64,000 nt of DNA from an uncultured Fibrobacterota bacterium (GTDB lineage: Bacteria > Fibrobacterota > Chitinivibrionia > Chitinivibrionales > FEN-1185), in the NCBI GenBank assembly GCA_963753345.1, contig CAVWBU010000019.1, forward strand, positions 103,157 to 167,156. The letters run 5' to 3'. Below, piece after piece: positions 30,796-41,303 of the stretch (the stretch's first letter is position 1; every line of letters begins with the position of its first letter). The notes under the pieces were generated by a model. It was not told where the DNA came from. It was given only the letters and a program-made list of their open reading frames with translations, and did no database searches. The translations under genes were made by a program, and so were the position numbers.

Positions 30796-33783
30796 TCAAA
30801 ATTGCAGCGTGCTCTTCCACGCCGCCTTTGCGTCGATCCTCGACAGCATCACCACCGGCGCCTGCCTGAGCCCCTTAAGCTGGATTGCGTCGCCTTTGAC
30901 AACTGTCCCGATGCGCCGCAGCGGAAGCCGGGAGAACAGCGTTTCCATCCGGCCCGCCTTGGCCGGTTCCACTTCGACAAGCAGCCGCCCCGGCGACTCG
31001 GAGAACAGCAGTTCGGCGTCCGACGAGCAACCGGACTGTTCTACGGCCTGGCAGTCGATCTGCGCGCCCACGTCGCCCGAAAAGCACATTTCCGCGAGCG
31101 CCACTGCCAGGCCGCCGTCGGAGCAGTCGTGGCATGAGCGCACGAGCCCTTCGGAAACAGCGGAGAACAGCGTCGTGTAGCATTCGATGTTCCGGGCCGG
31201 GTCGCGCACAGTGGGGACGGTTCCGCCGGCCATGCCCTTCATGAGCGCGTATTCGGAAGCCCCGAGTTCCGGCAGGGTTATTCCTATCATGTAAATAAGG
31301 TTGCCGCTTTCCTTGAAATCCATGGTGACCGCCCTGCGCACGTCGGGCACCTTGGCGACAAGGCTGAACAGCAGGGTGGGCGGTATGGCAATGGTCACGT
31401 CGCCGATGCGGTAGTCGTTCTTCATCGAATCCTTGCCCGAGATCAGCGGGATGCCGTAGGCTACGCAGATGTCAAGGAGCGCCTTGTTCGCGCGCACAAG
31501 CTGGGCAAGCTTGTACTCGCCGTCCGGGTTGCCGCCGCTTTTTACCGGGTCGCACCAGCAGAAATTGTCGAGGCCCGCCATGAACGAGGGGTCGGCGCCC
31601 ACGCAGCAGGCGTTGCGCACGGCCTCGTCGATTGCACAGGCGGTCATGGCATACGTGTCGATGTCGCTGTAGCGCGGGACAATGCCGTTGGAAACCGCGA
31701 TGCCTTCGAAGGAATCGAGCACAGGACGCAGTACGGCCGCGTCGGACGGGCCGTCGTTCTTGGCGCCGCACAGCGGCTTCACCACGCTGCCGCCCTGCAC
31801 CTCGTGGTCGTACTGCCGCACCACATATTCCTTGCTGCATATATTGAGCCGCCTCAGGAGCGAAAGCGTGTCGGCCCGTATATCCGATGGCGCGAATGCC
31901 GCTTGTGCCCCTGCGCCGCGGTCTTCCCATTTTGCAACAAGGTTCATGCGGGGGAGGCCGTTGTGCATAAACTCCATGTTGAGCCGCGCCACGGGCGTTT
32001 CGCCGTACTGTATGTCAAGGAAGCCGCTCGCCGTGAATTCGCCGAGATCGGTCGCCTCCACGTTCCACTCCTGCGCGAGCGCAAGAAAGCCGGACACCTT
32101 GTCCGGCGGCACGGCAGCGTTCATGCGTTCCTGCGCCTCGGACACGAAGATTTCCCACGGCTCGAGCCCGTGGTACTTGAGCGGCGCCCGTTCCAGGTGC
32201 ACCACGGCGCCGCCGGTGTCCTCGGCCATTTCGCCGACGGACGACGAAAGCCCGCCCGCGCCGTTGTCGGTGATCGAGTTGTACAGCCCGCGGTCGCGCG
32301 CGACAAGAAGGAAATCGGTCATGCGTTTCTGCGTGATCGGGTCGCCGATCTGCACCGCGGTCGCGGGCGAGCCTTCGTGCAGCGGCTCGGACGAGAACGT
32401 GGCCCCGTGAATGCCGTCCTTGCCTATTCTGCCGCCCACCATGATGATGTGGTCGCCCGGCATCGCCTTTTTCTCCCAGCCTTTGCGCCCGCCCACGTCA
32501 AGCGGCATGAGCCCGAGGGTGCCGCAGTAGACCAGCGGCTTGCCCAGGAACCTTTCGTCGAACACGATGGTGCCGTTGACCGTGGGGATTCCGCTCTTGT
32601 TGCCGCCGTGCTCCACGCCCTCGCGCACGCCTTCGAGCACGCGCTTGGGATGAAGGACGCGCGGCGGCACCGTGCCGGAGAAGAACGGCGAGGCAAAGCA
32701 GAACACGTCGGTGTTGGCGATGAGGCGGCAGCCCAGGCCCGTGCCGAACGGATCGCGGTTGACGCCCACGATGCCGGTGAGCGCGCCGCCGTAGGGGTCG
32801 AGCGCCGACGGGCTGTTGTGCGTTTCCACCTTAAACACGATGGCGTTCGTGTCGTCGAATTTCACCACGCCCGCGTTGTCCTTGAACACCGAGAGGCAAA
32901 TGTCGGCGGCGCCTTTCTTCTGCCGCACCAGCGACGTTGTCTTCTGGACAAAGCTCTTGAACAGGCTCGTGATGCGCTCGGGCTCCCTGCCGGGTTCGAT
33001 GTAGGTGATGTCGGCGTTGAAGATCTTGTGCTTGCAGTGCTCCGACCACGTCTGCGCGAGCACTTCGAGCTCCACGTTGGTGATGCCGGCAGGCATGCCG
33101 TGGGCGATGCGGTCGTCCGCGGTCTTCTTATCCGTAAAGTACGCCTTGATGCATTTCATTTCCTCGAGCGACAGCGCGAGCATGCCGTTCTTGCTAATTG
33201 CGGCAAGCGCCTTGTCGTCGACGTTGAGGTCAACTTCGCGGAACAGCGGCGCCGTATGCGTGTCCACGACCACCGGCGCGGGGAAGTCCTTGGTGTGCAC
33301 CTTGAGCCATTCGTCCTTCGAGTAGATCTTGATGGTCTGGATGAGCGTGTTGGCGAGGATTTCCTCGGCAATGCGCTCGATGCTCTTCTTGGAGACGTTT
33401 CCGAAAAAGAAATACTGCGTGCCGGTGTGCACCGAAAAGCTCTCGGGAAAGGTCCTTCCCAGGGCGATGACGGCCGCCTCCTTCGCGGTTCGGCCGGCAT
33501 TGTCGGTGACGCCGGGCAGGAACCCGACCTCAACCATCCAGTCGAATGATTCGCAGAAGGTCCTGTTGATGGTGTAGTCCTGGACAATGGGGTCGGACAG
33601 CGGGCCTTCGGCAAGAGCAACAAGGTCTGCGGGGAAGAGCGGCCCGTTGAAGACGTACACGGCGGACGAGCGCACCGAATTGATGGTGCCGATATCGAGG
33701 TCGGAGATTATTTTCGCGCGGATTTTTTCGCCCAGAGCGTCGCGCACCGCGGCCTTGGGTCCTACGTAGATTCTTTCCGGCAT
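30796..33783 (-). CDS. purL: phosphoribosylformylglycinamidine synthase, synthetase subunit
   Basis: WSEHCKHKIF, KVETHNSPS, DNGAGG, HDCSDGG. Confidence 0.95.
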   Translation of the reverse strand: MPERIYVGPKAAVRDALGEKIRAKIISDLDIGTINSVRSSAVYVFNGPLFPADLVALAEGPLSDPIVQDYTINRTFCESFDWMVEVGFLPGVTDNAGRTAKEAAVIALGRTFPESFSVHTGTQYFFFGNVSKKSIERIAEEILANTLIQTIKIYSKDEWLKVHTKDFPAPVVVDTHTAPLFREVDLNVDDKALAAISKNGMLALSLEEMKCIKAYFTDKKTADDRIAHGMPAGITNVELEVLAQTWSEHCKHKIFNADITYIEPGREPERITSLFKSFVQKTTSLVRQKKGAADICLSVFKDNAGVVKFDDTNAIVFKVETHNSPSALDPYGGALTGIVGVNRDPFGTGLGCRLIANTDVFCFASPFFSGTVPPRVLHPKRVLEGVREGVEHGGNKSGIPTVNGTIVFDERFLGKPLVYCGTLGLMPLDVGGRKGWEKKAMPGDHIIMVGGRIGKDGIHGATFSSEPLHEGSPATAVQIGDPITQKRMTDFLLVARDRGLYNSITDNGAGGLSSSVGEMAEDTGGAVVHLERAPLKYHGLEPWEIFVSEAQERMNAAVPPDKVSGFLALAQEWNVEATDLGEFTASGFLDIQYGETPVARLNMEFMHNGLPRMNLVAKWEDRGAGAQAAFAPSDIRADTLSLLRRLNICSKEYVVRQYDHEVQGGSVVKPLCGAKNDGPSDAAVLRPVLDSFEGIAVSNGIVPRYSDIDTYAMTACAIDEAVRNACCVGADPSFMAGLDNFCWCDPVKSGGNPDGEYKLAQLVRANKALLDICVAYGIPLISGKDSMKNDYRIGDVTIAIPPTLLFSLVAKVPDVRRAVTMDFKESGNLIYMIGITLPELGASEYALMKGMAGGTVPTVRDPARNIECYTTLFSAVSEGLVRSCHDCSDGGLAVALAEMCFSGDVGAQIDCQAVEQSGCSSDAELLFSESPGRLLVEVEPAKAGRMETLFSRLPLRRIGTVVKGDAIQLKGLRQAPVVMLSRIDAKAAWKSTLQF

Positions 33784-33882
33784 ACCTGATCCTGATGAGC
33801 AAATCGGAGTTTGATATAACCTTTCAAATATACTTTCCAGAATCTATGATTTCCTGTTAAAAAAGTATCAAAGAAATTTCAT

Positions 33883-34021
33883 GGGGGGAGGTATCCCCCT
33901 CGCTCCGGCCTCCTCGGCCTTCGGCCTGCGGTGTCCTGCGCTACCCCCTCCAGGGTAGCCGCCATGACAAAGCAGATGCGAGACCACGCATTGTTGTGGC
34001 GGCACCCAAGGAGAGCAGTTG
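33883..34021. repeat. structured intergenic repeat family B
   Basis: GGGGGAGGTATCCCCCTCGCTCCGGCCTCCTCGGCC...GCTACCCCCTCC...GGCACCCA; near-identical to the copy at 35564. Confidence 0.85.
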
Positions 34022-34142
34022 TAAAAGTAGAATAGGTGAAGACGTTGAAAAGTAGAAAATGCAGAGAACAAGTCCTGGCCGATTTATTGCAGAATTCCGG
34101 ATTGGTGCGAAAGACAAGCGTGTTGACTGAAAAAATTCCGTT

Positions 34143-34315
34143 GCCGCGCGTTAGGCAGGACTGGAAAAATGGTCCCGCTTGAGGCGGGATGCCGGCCTGA
34201 CCACGCCCGAAGGGCCCTCGTGGCAGGCGGCCCGAGGCCGGAGGCCGAGACCGAAAGGACGGCCGACCCCCAGGTAGCATTGCACAGCCGTGCGATGCTA
34301 CCTGGGGGAACGCCC
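34143..34315 (+). repeat. structured intergenic repeat family A, copy 5
   Basis: GCCGCGCGTTAGGCAGGACTGG...GGAACGCCC. Confidence 0.85.
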
Positions 34316-34399
34316 AATTCTAATTATGGTACTTGATAAAATAATAAGGAGCAGAAACCCATGCCTCTGCTCCTCATCAAATTCTCAAAAAGGCAATCT

Positions 34400-35425
34400 T
34401 TAGAAGAACAACTTTTCCGTGTAATGCTCCCCGCTCTGATACACGACCTTCTTGAGCGCTGCCTTGGGCTTGGGGAACACCAGCTTGAGGTTCTTTGTCT
34501 CGTGCTGGGTGTCGAGTATCTCCGGGTCGATTTTCGAAGACGGCAGCGCCTTGTATTTCTCGCCGTTCACGTCCACGAGGCAGAAATCTTCCGCCTTGAG
34601 CCGCAGCGGATTGTACGAATAGTTGAACATTGACAAGGTCATGTTGGTGGTCCCGCTCACCACCGCAAGGTAAATGTCGAACTTGTTGACGCGCGGATCG
34701 GGCTTTCCCTCGATCACCTGGGCGTAGCCGGAATAGGTGTTCACATTGACCTTGCGGAGGTTACTCAGGAGGTCGGCGGCGCCCGGATACGCGGGATCGT
34801 AGACGAGCACGAGTTGCACGTAGTATTCCGCCTTGAGAAGGGCGTTCACGTCCTTGCTGTCTTTGCCCTCGGTATACGCCTGCGAGGCCATCTCGTAGAA
34901 CTGCTTGGTGAAGTCGGCAATGATCTGCTTCTTCCTTGCTTCGATGGACTCCGGATTGTCAACAACGCCCTGCGCCTTGGTGATCCATCCGAGCGCGTCG
35001 TCCAGCCTGTTGCGGGCGATGCTCGAATCGGCCATGAGGAGGATGAAATTCGCGTACTGCTGCCGCAGGTCCGACGGCATGTCCTTGGAAAGAAGCGTGT
35101 CGATGTCCTTCATGAACAGCTTGATGGGGTCCATGTCGTAGGTGCCTTCCGACAGCACCATGTTGGCCCGCAGAAGCGTCATTTCAATGAATTTCTGCTT
35201 GAACGGAGTGCTCAGCCTCGACTTGTCGGGATGCGCGTTGAACCATTTCTGGTAGAAAATGTAGGCCCGCTTCTGCAGGGTGCGCTGGCTGATGCCCTGC
35301 GAATGCCTGGCCTGGTTGTACGCCTTGTTGCCTTTGGCTTCATCCGAGGTAAGGGACGAACAGGACGCGAGAAGAAGAAAAACGTTTAAGTACACCAGTC
35401 CGACAAGAACCTTTTTCATTGCCAT
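34400..35425 (-). CDS. hypothetical lipoprotein (helical N-terminal part, beta-rich C-terminal part)
   Basis: LLASC lipobox, AGGAGG RBS, host-like codon usage. Confidence 0.75.
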   Translation of the reverse strand: MAMKKVLVGLVYLNVFLLLASCSSLTSDEAKGNKAYNQARHSQGISQRTLQKRAYIFYQKWFNAHPDKSRLSTPFKQKFIEMTLLRANMVLSEGTYDMDPIKLFMKDIDTLLSKDMPSDLRQQYANFILLMADSSIARNRLDDALGWITKAQGVVDNPESIEARKKQIIADFTKQFYEMASQAYTEGKDSKDVNALLKAEYYVQLVLVYDPAYPGAADLLSNLRKVNVNTYSGYAQVIEGKPDPRVNKFDIYLAVVSGTTNMTLSMFNYSYNPLRLKAEDFCLVDVNGEKYKALPSSKIDPEILDTQHETKNLKLVFPKPKAALKKVVYQSGEHYTEKLFF

Positions 35426-35563
35426 CCTCCTCAGAATCGATGAGTGTCACGACACCACGGGTTGGACGTAAGTATTAAGTATATAGAAGATGGTTTTTTC
35501 TCAGGAGGTTTGTCAATACAAATTACAATTACAATAGATAAATGTAAATAATAATCCATAGAT

Positions 35564-35705
35564 GGGCGGGGGAGGTATCCCCCTCGCTCCGGCCTCCTCG
35601 GCCTGTGGCCTGCGGCGTCCTCCGCTACCCCCTCCTGGGTGGCCGCCTTGACAAAGCAGCTACGAGACCGTGCATTGTTGTGGCGGCACCCACGAGGAGC
35701 AGTTG
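35564..35705. repeat. structured intergenic repeat family B
   Basis: Near-identical to 33883-34021. Confidence 0.85.
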
Positions 35706-35819
35706 AAAGGTTGAAACGTTGAATAGTTGAAGAGTTTGAAATCAGGACATGCGGATATTGATCTTATTGCGGATGCCAATTGGCGCGAGAACGTAGTTGA
35801 CTGATGATTATAACTGTTT

Positions 35820-35991
35820 GCGCGCGTTAGGGGCGACCGGAGGCCGCGCCAGAGCGTGGTGCCGCCCGGACCCGCCTTTTGTAGAGACGCAGCGGCGCTG
35901 CGTCTCGCCGAAGGGAATAGGGCCGTGGCGGCCGGAGGCCGAAGGCCGAGACCGCAGGGAGGGCCGACCCCGCAAAGCGGCGGGAGCGCCC
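35820..35991 (+). repeat. structured intergenic repeat family A, copy 6
   Basis: GCGCGCGTTAGG...GAGGCCGAAGGCCGAGACC...GGAGCGCCC. Confidence 0.85.
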
Positions 35992-36071
35992 AGTCTTTTT
36001 ATAATTACGCGGAGCGGTGCCCCCACCAACAGTCTTAATCAATCTGAGCGAAGTATATTTTGATTTCTTCA

Positions 36072-38297
36072 ATGACCCAACAAACTCCCAAAGTCGCCTG
36101 CGTGGCGTTTCCCATGGCCGTTGCCGGCGTGTTCGACTACGAGATTCCGGAGGCGCTTGCCGGAGACATATCGCCCGGAGTGCCGGTGCTCGTGGAGTTG
36201 CGCAGCCGCAGGCTCTGGGGCGTTGCGGTGCGCATCAAGGATTCGTCGGCCGTGGCGCGGCTCAAACCCGTGCTTGACGTACGCAAAGACCGCTGGCGCG
36301 ACGCCGACGCCTCGCTCATCCGGCTCTACGAATGGATCGCATCGTACTACCAGTGCGACCTGGGCCGCGTGTTCAGGCCGTTTGTGCGGAAAAGCTTTGT
36401 CGAGGCGCGCGAGAAGACCGAAGCGCTTTTCCGCATCGCGCCCGGCGGGCCGCCGGCCGGGCTCACCCGGAAACAGGCCGAGGCCCTTGCCGCGCTCGCA
36501 GCACGTGGCAGCGAGCTCACGCGCGAGCAGTGCGCGGGCATGGGCGTGGGCGTCCACCTGCTCGCGGCGCTGTGCGCCAAAGGCGCGCTTGTCAAGAGCG
36601 AACGGCAGGTCCTGCGTGAGGCCGCGGAACTGCGTGCAGACGCGCGAAGCGCGCAAAGCGCGGAAAGCGCCGGAAGCGTCACGCTGCTTGCCGAGCAGCA
36701 GGCCGCCCTCGACGCCGTAACAGCCGACCTGGCCGCGCCGGGCGCGCCGTTTCTCCTGTACGGCATCACGGGCAGCGGAAAGACGCACGTGTACATCGAA
36801 GCCGCGAGGCGCGCGCTTGACGCGGGCAGGGGCGTCATCATCCTGGTGCCCGAGATATCGCTCACGCCGCAGACCATTGCGCGGTTCAGGCGCGAGCTGG
36901 GTGACGTGATCGCGGTGATCCACAGCCGCATGAGCGACGGCGAGCGCCGTGACAGCCTTGCCGAACTGGTGACAGGTCGCAGACGCCTGGTGATAGGCGT
37001 GCGCAGCGCCATTCTGGTGCCGGTAGCCAACCTCGGCCTTATCATCGTGGATGAGGAGCACGACCACAGCTACAAGCAGAGCGATCTTGACCCGCGGTAC
37101 AACGCGCGCGACGTGGCTGTGATGCGCGGCCGCCTGCAGAAGGCCGTTGTGATGCTCGGCAGCGCCACGCCGAGCCTCGAAAGCTTCCGCAATGCAAACA
37201 CGGGAAAGTACCGCCTGCTTGCGCTGACGCGCCGGTTCGGCGAGGCAGTGCTTCCCGCGGTAACCGTAATTGACATGAAGGAAGAGCACCGGGAGAACAA
37301 CTGGACGCTGCTGTCGCGCCACCTGAGCGTCCGCATGGAACGGGCGCTTGAAAACGGGCGGCAGATAATCCTCCTTATCAACCGCCGCGGTTTCTCCACG
37401 TTTCTTATTTGCAAAGACTGCGGACATGCCTATGTTTGTCCGAGCTGCTCGGTGAACCTTGTTTACCACAAGGCCGAGCTCTTGCTCAAGTGCCACCAGT
37501 GCGGGCACGAGGAAGCCGCGCCCTCGGTCTGCCCGTCGTGCAGGGGTGAGCAACTCCGGTTCAAGGGGACCGGCATCCAGAAGGCGGAGGAGTTCGTGGC
37601 GTCGAAGTTTCCGTCGGCGCGCATCATCCGCATGGACCAGGACACCACGAGGAGAAAGGGCGGCCACGTTGACATCATCGGCAGGTTCGAGCGCCGCGAG
37701 GCAGACATCCTCATCGGCACGCAGATGGTGGCCAAGGGGCTCAACTTCCCGGGCGTCGCGCTCGTGGGCGTGCTCGCGGCCGACATCGGCCTGCATGTTC
37801 CGGATTTCCGCGCGGCCGAGAAGACCTTCCAGCTCCTTGCGCAGGTGGCCGGCAGGGCGGGCAGGGCAGACGCGGCCGGCGAGGTGGTGGTGCAGACGTA
37901 TTTCCCGGACGAGCCGGCGGTGCGCGCCGCGGCCGGCCACGATTTTCTCGAGTTTTACAACAGGGAAATCGTCCAGCGCGAGGAGCTCGGATATCCGCCG
38001 TTCGGCAAGCTCGTGCGCATCGTGGCGTCGGGTCCGGGCGGTTTGGCGGTTGTGGAGGTGCTTGAGGCCGCGGCGCGTCTGGTGCGCGGCAAATGGGGAA
38101 CATCGGTGACTGCGCTCGGACCGTCGCCGGCGGTGCTCGCGAAACTCAAGAACGAACACCGGTATTCTCTTCTGCTAAAGTCGCGGTCGGCGCGTGCGCT
38201 CGGCGAGGCCGCGGCCGCGGTGCGCGCGATGCGCGCATCGCGCGTCCCGAAATCGGTGCGCCTGGCAATCGACGTGGACCCGCTGAACATGCTGTGA
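36072..38297 (+). CDS. priA: primosomal protein N'
   Basis: GITGSGKT, DEEHD, two Cys4 zinc sites, QVAGRAGR. Confidence 0.96.
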   Translation: MTQQTPKVACVAFPMAVAGVFDYEIPEALAGDISPGVPVLVELRSRRLWGVAVRIKDSSAVARLKPVLDVRKDRWRDADASLIRLYEWIASYYQCDLGRVFRPFVRKSFVEAREKTEALFRIAPGGPPAGLTRKQAEALAALAARGSELTREQCAGMGVGVHLLAALCAKGALVKSERQVLREAAELRADARSAQSAESAGSVTLLAEQQAALDAVTADLAAPGAPFLLYGITGSGKTHVYIEAARRALDAGRGVIILVPEISLTPQTIARFRRELGDVIAVIHSRMSDGERRDSLAELVTGRRRLVIGVRSAILVPVANLGLIIVDEEHDHSYKQSDLDPRYNARDVAVMRGRLQKAVVMLGSATPSLESFRNANTGKYRLLALTRRFGEAVLPAVTVIDMKEEHRENNWTLLSRHLSVRMERALENGRQIILLINRRGFSTFLICKDCGHAYVCPSCSVNLVYHKAELLLKCHQCGHEEAAPSVCPSCRGEQLRFKGTGIQKAEEFVASKFPSARIIRMDQDTTRRKGGHVDIIGRFERREADILIGTQMVAKGLNFPGVALVGVLAADIGLHVPDFRAAEKTFQLLAQVAGRAGRADAAGEVVVQTYFPDEPAVRAAAGHDFLEFYNREIVQREELGYPPFGKLVRIVASGPGGLAVVEVLEAAARLVRGKWGTSVTALGPSPAVLAKLKNEHRYSLLLKSRSARALGEAAAAVRAMRASRVPKSVRLAIDVDPLNML

Positions 38298-38489
38298 GCG
38301 ACGCGATTCTGAGGCGCGCGATGCAATCCTCACCGGCTCTCATCGTTGCAGGGCGACATGCGCATCGAAAAGCCGCGACTGCTCACGAGCGCCTAATAAA
38401 AGGTTGATTTTTCGTGCCACGCGGTGTATCATTAGTACTATGTCTCCAATAAAATCAAATCCGCCCCGCATGCCCGAAAGGATCCCCGT

Positions 38490-39449
38490 ATGAACGACAC
38501 GGTTCTGCTCATCTGCATTGGTTTCATCATCGGCGTGATTGCAAGCTCGGCAGTCTGGCTGGTTCTCTTTGTGGTCGGCAAGGCGCAGCGCCAGATTGCG
38601 CGCGAAAAGAACCTTGTGATGAAGGCGGTGGCCGAAGAATCGGCGGAGGCGGACAAAGTGCTTTCGTCGTCCGTGTCCAAGGCGATGAACGCGCATGCGC
38701 TCCGCTCCGCCCTGTCTCCAAGGATCGACAAGATGCAGAAAACCATCACCGAGAACATGCACCAGCTCGACACCTTTTTTGTCAAGTACATGGAATCGCG
38801 GATCGCCGCGTACCGCGCGGCCTTCGAGGCGGGCGAGATCGCGCCTGCTGCCTACGCGGCGGACAGAATTCCTCCGGCGGCGCAACCTGTGCAGGCCGAG
38901 AGCCCTGCCGGCATCCTCGACGAGATAAGGACGCGCATGGAATCGTCGGGTCCTGCGGCCGCGCAGCCGACGCCCAGAGCCGTCGTATTGCCCCGCGCCC
39001 GTCCCGCGGCGGATCCGGGCACCGGCGTTATCACAGTGTCCGGGGACGTGCGCGAAGAAAGACCCCTGGCTGCGCCGCCGCAGAGGCCGCAGAGAATTGT
39101 CAGACCCGAAGTGCGGCGGCCTGCAACAGAGCCGGCCTTTGATCTGGAAAAGGCAACGGGCAGAACGCAGCAGAGGATGGTTCCCCAGGCACCCGCGCCC
39201 TCGGCGGATGCAGGTGCGCTTCAGCCCGACAGGATCGAGAAAACGATCCGGTGGGACAGGAACCAGCTCATGGGAGCGGCCGCCCCTTCCGGCGAGGCCA
39301 TTGTGGTGGAAGGCGCCGAGCCTCCCCGCAAAACGGAGCCGCCCCGGCCGCCGCGCCCGCAGCAGCCGCCCGCGGATAAGCAGAACCCCATTATCAGCGG
39401 CGAAGACATCGAGAACAAGATGGATTCGTTTTTCGGGTTGGGTCAGTAA
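38490..39449 (+). CDS. hypothetical membrane-anchored protein with Pro/Ala-rich linker
   Basis: N-terminal TM, helical region, C-terminal ISGEDIENKMDSFFG. Confidence 0.7.
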   Translation: MNDTVLLICIGFIIGVIASSAVWLVLFVVGKAQRQIAREKNLVMKAVAEESAEADKVLSSSVSKAMNAHALRSALSPRIDKMQKTITENMHQLDTFFVKYMESRIAAYRAAFEAGEIAPAAYAADRIPPAAQPVQAESPAGILDEIRTRMESSGPAAAQPTPRAVVLPRARPAADPGTGVITVSGDVREERPLAAPPQRPQRIVRPEVRRPATEPAFDLEKATGRTQQRMVPQAPAPSADAGALQPDRIEKTIRWDRNQLMGAAAPSGEAIVVEGAEPPRKTEPPRPPRPQQPPADKQNPIISGEDIENKMDSFFGLGQ

Positions 39450-39455
39450 TAGCGG

Positions 39456-40256
39456 CTATCCTGCCGACGGAAAACCCCGTTGCCTTGCGCATTCGTAAAG
39501 GATGATCGCCGCCGCCGCCGACACGTTGAGCGAATTTGCCGCGGCGGCGATGGGGATGCCCGCAACGTGCGTGCACTGTTTCGCAAGATACGGCGGGATG
39601 CCGCGGTGCTCGCCGCCGGTGATGATGATCGCCGGCCGCCTGAAATCGAGGTCCTGCGGTCGTTTGTCGGCTCCGCGCACGGCGCCCACCACCATAAAAT
39701 TGCGCGACGCCAGGGTCGCGACCAGTCCTTCCAGGTTCTTCGGCTTTACAAGAGAGATTCTCTCAAGCATGCCGGCCGACGCCTTTGCCGCAACGGCGCC
39801 CACGGGCGCCGTGTTCTTCCGCTCGAGCAGCACGGCGTCAACGTCGAACGCCACGCACGTGCGGATGAGCGCGCCCAGGTTGCGGGGGTCCTCCACCGAG
39901 GCGGGAAGCAACAGGAGCGGAAGTGCTGTTTTTTCGGAAAGCTGCCGCAGAAGCTCCTCGGCGCTGGTGTATTCCTTGGCGCTGCACAGCGCCAGCGCGC
40001 CCTGATGGTTTGCGCCCCTGCACACCTCGTCGAGTTTCACGGCGGGAACCATCTGGTAGGGAAGGCGCTGCTTTCTCGCCAGTTTGACAAGTTCAAACAG
40101 GGATGCGCCGGGCCGGTCTTTGTCAAAATATAGGCGGTCTATCCGCCGTAGTCCCGATAGGATGAGTTCCTCAACCGGGTGAATGCCGAAGACAACGGAC
40201 GAAGCGTCCGGCATCAAGGGGGGCGCGCCCCGGCGGGAAGGTAAATAGGTGTTCAT
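39456..40256 (-). CDS. rlmB: TrmH/SPOUT RNA methyltransferase (RlmB-like)
   Basis: FGIHPV, NHQG, EDPRNLGA, SLNVSAA. Confidence 0.85.
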   Translation of the reverse strand: MNTYLPSRRGAPPLMPDASSVVFGIHPVEELILSGLRRIDRLYFDKDRPGASLFELVKLARKQRLPYQMVPAVKLDEVCRGANHQGALALCSAKEYTSAEELLRQLSEKTALPLLLLPASVEDPRNLGALIRTCVAFDVDAVLLERKNTAPVGAVAAKASAGMLERISLVKPKNLEGLVATLASRNFMVVGAVRGADKRPQDLDFRRPAIIITGGEHRGIPPYLAKQCTHVAGIPIAAAANSLNVSAAAAIILYECARQRGFPSAG

Positions 40257-40366
40257 AGCCGCAACCTAATATATTTTATGACCTGTCTTGAGGATACGAT
40301 ATCGGCCGCAGCCGGCGGCAACGCGGCAGGCGCCGGCAACGGTTTTACAAAGGAAAGGGGTACAGT

Positions 40367-40576
40367 ATGGGTACCATGAGCCCGTTCCACTGGGCAATAG
40401 TTCTGCTGGTCATCGTGCTGCTTTTCGGGGCCAAGAAGATCCCCGATCTGGCAAAAGGCCTCGGGCAAGGGATCAGAGAGTTCAAAAAAGCGTCAAACGA
40501 AGCGGCAAACGAAATGAAAGAGGCGGAAAAGCCGGATGCTAGCAAGCCTGCTGCGGAAGTTAAGAAGGAAGGGTAA
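40367..40576 (+). CDS. tatA: twin-arginine translocase TatA
   Basis: [24 protein letters not shown]. Confidence 0.95.
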   Translation: MGTMSPFHWAIVLLVIVLLFGAKKIPDLAKGLGQGIREFKKASNEAANEMKEAEKPDASKPAAEVKKEG

Positions 40577-41303
40577 ATCCGACGATGCCCGCGAGGGCAT
40601 GAATTTCCTCGACCACCTTGAAGAACTCCGGGGCCGGCTCATAAGAAGTATCGTAGCCGTTTTCATATTTGCCGTGCCGTGCTTCATCCTGTGGCGCAGG
40701 ATCCTTACGTTGTTGATGGTCTATCCCCTCCGATTTGCAAACCCGAAACCCCACATCATCTTCACCGCTCCGGCCGAGGCGGTCATGCTCAGCATGAAGA
40801 TCGCGCTCGTGGGCGGCCTTGTCGTGTCGATCCCGTATGTGTTCTACCAGATCTGGGCGTTTGTTTCGCCCGGGCTGTACGGCAAGGAAAAGAAGGTGGT
40901 GCTGCCCGTCGTCATTTCGTCTTCGTTTTCCTTTTTCCTCGGGCTCACATTCGCCTACCTGGCCATTCCGCTCCTGCTCAAGGTGCTCACCAGGTTCGGC
41001 GCCGGCATCATCGAGCCGTATTTCAAGGCAAGCGAATACATCTCCTTTCTTATCAAGATGGGACTCGCGTGCGGCATCATCTTCGAGATGCCCGTGGTCT
41101 CGTGGTTCCTCACGCGGATAGGCCTCCTCACCCCGAAATTCCTGGTTAGCAAGCTGCGCCACGCCATCGTCATCATCTTCATCGTCGCCGCGGTCATCAC
41201 CCCGCCCGACGTGCTGTCGCAGTTTTTTCTCGCCGTGCCGCTGCTTGTTATCTACGGCGTGAGCATCCTCGTATCGTACCTGACGTGGGAGCGCCCCAAA
41301 TGA
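40536..41303 (+). CDS. tatC: twin-arginine translocase TatC
   Basis: [25 protein letters not shown]. Confidence 0.95.
   Translation: MLASLLRKLRRKGKSDDAREGMNFLDHLEELRGRLIRSIVAVFIFAVPCFILWRRILTLLMVYPLRFANPKPHIIFTAPAEAVMLSMKIALVGGLVVSIPYVFYQIWAFVSPGLYGKEKKVVLPVVISSSFSFFLGLTFAYLAIPLLLKVLTRFGAGIIEPYFKASEYISFLIKMGLACGIIFEMPVVSWFLTRIGLLTPKFLVSKLRHAIVIIFIVAAVITPPDVLSQFFLAVPLLVIYGVSILVSYLTWERPK

Noticed and set aside
31804-33549. Long antisense ORFs (also 36069-38159, 61127-62599, 51227-52393)
   Set aside because: Shadows of GC-rich genes purL, priA, lysS and GH2
30796-33783. 995-aa PurL with a separate PurQ as a novelty
   Set aside because: An intermediate-size PurL with an N-terminal PurS-like region is a known architecture
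33868-34317. ORFs over intergenic repeats (also 1025-1365, 29754-30131, 35797-36072, 60822-61061)
   Set aside because: Translations of GC-rich palindromic repeats with no protein-like features
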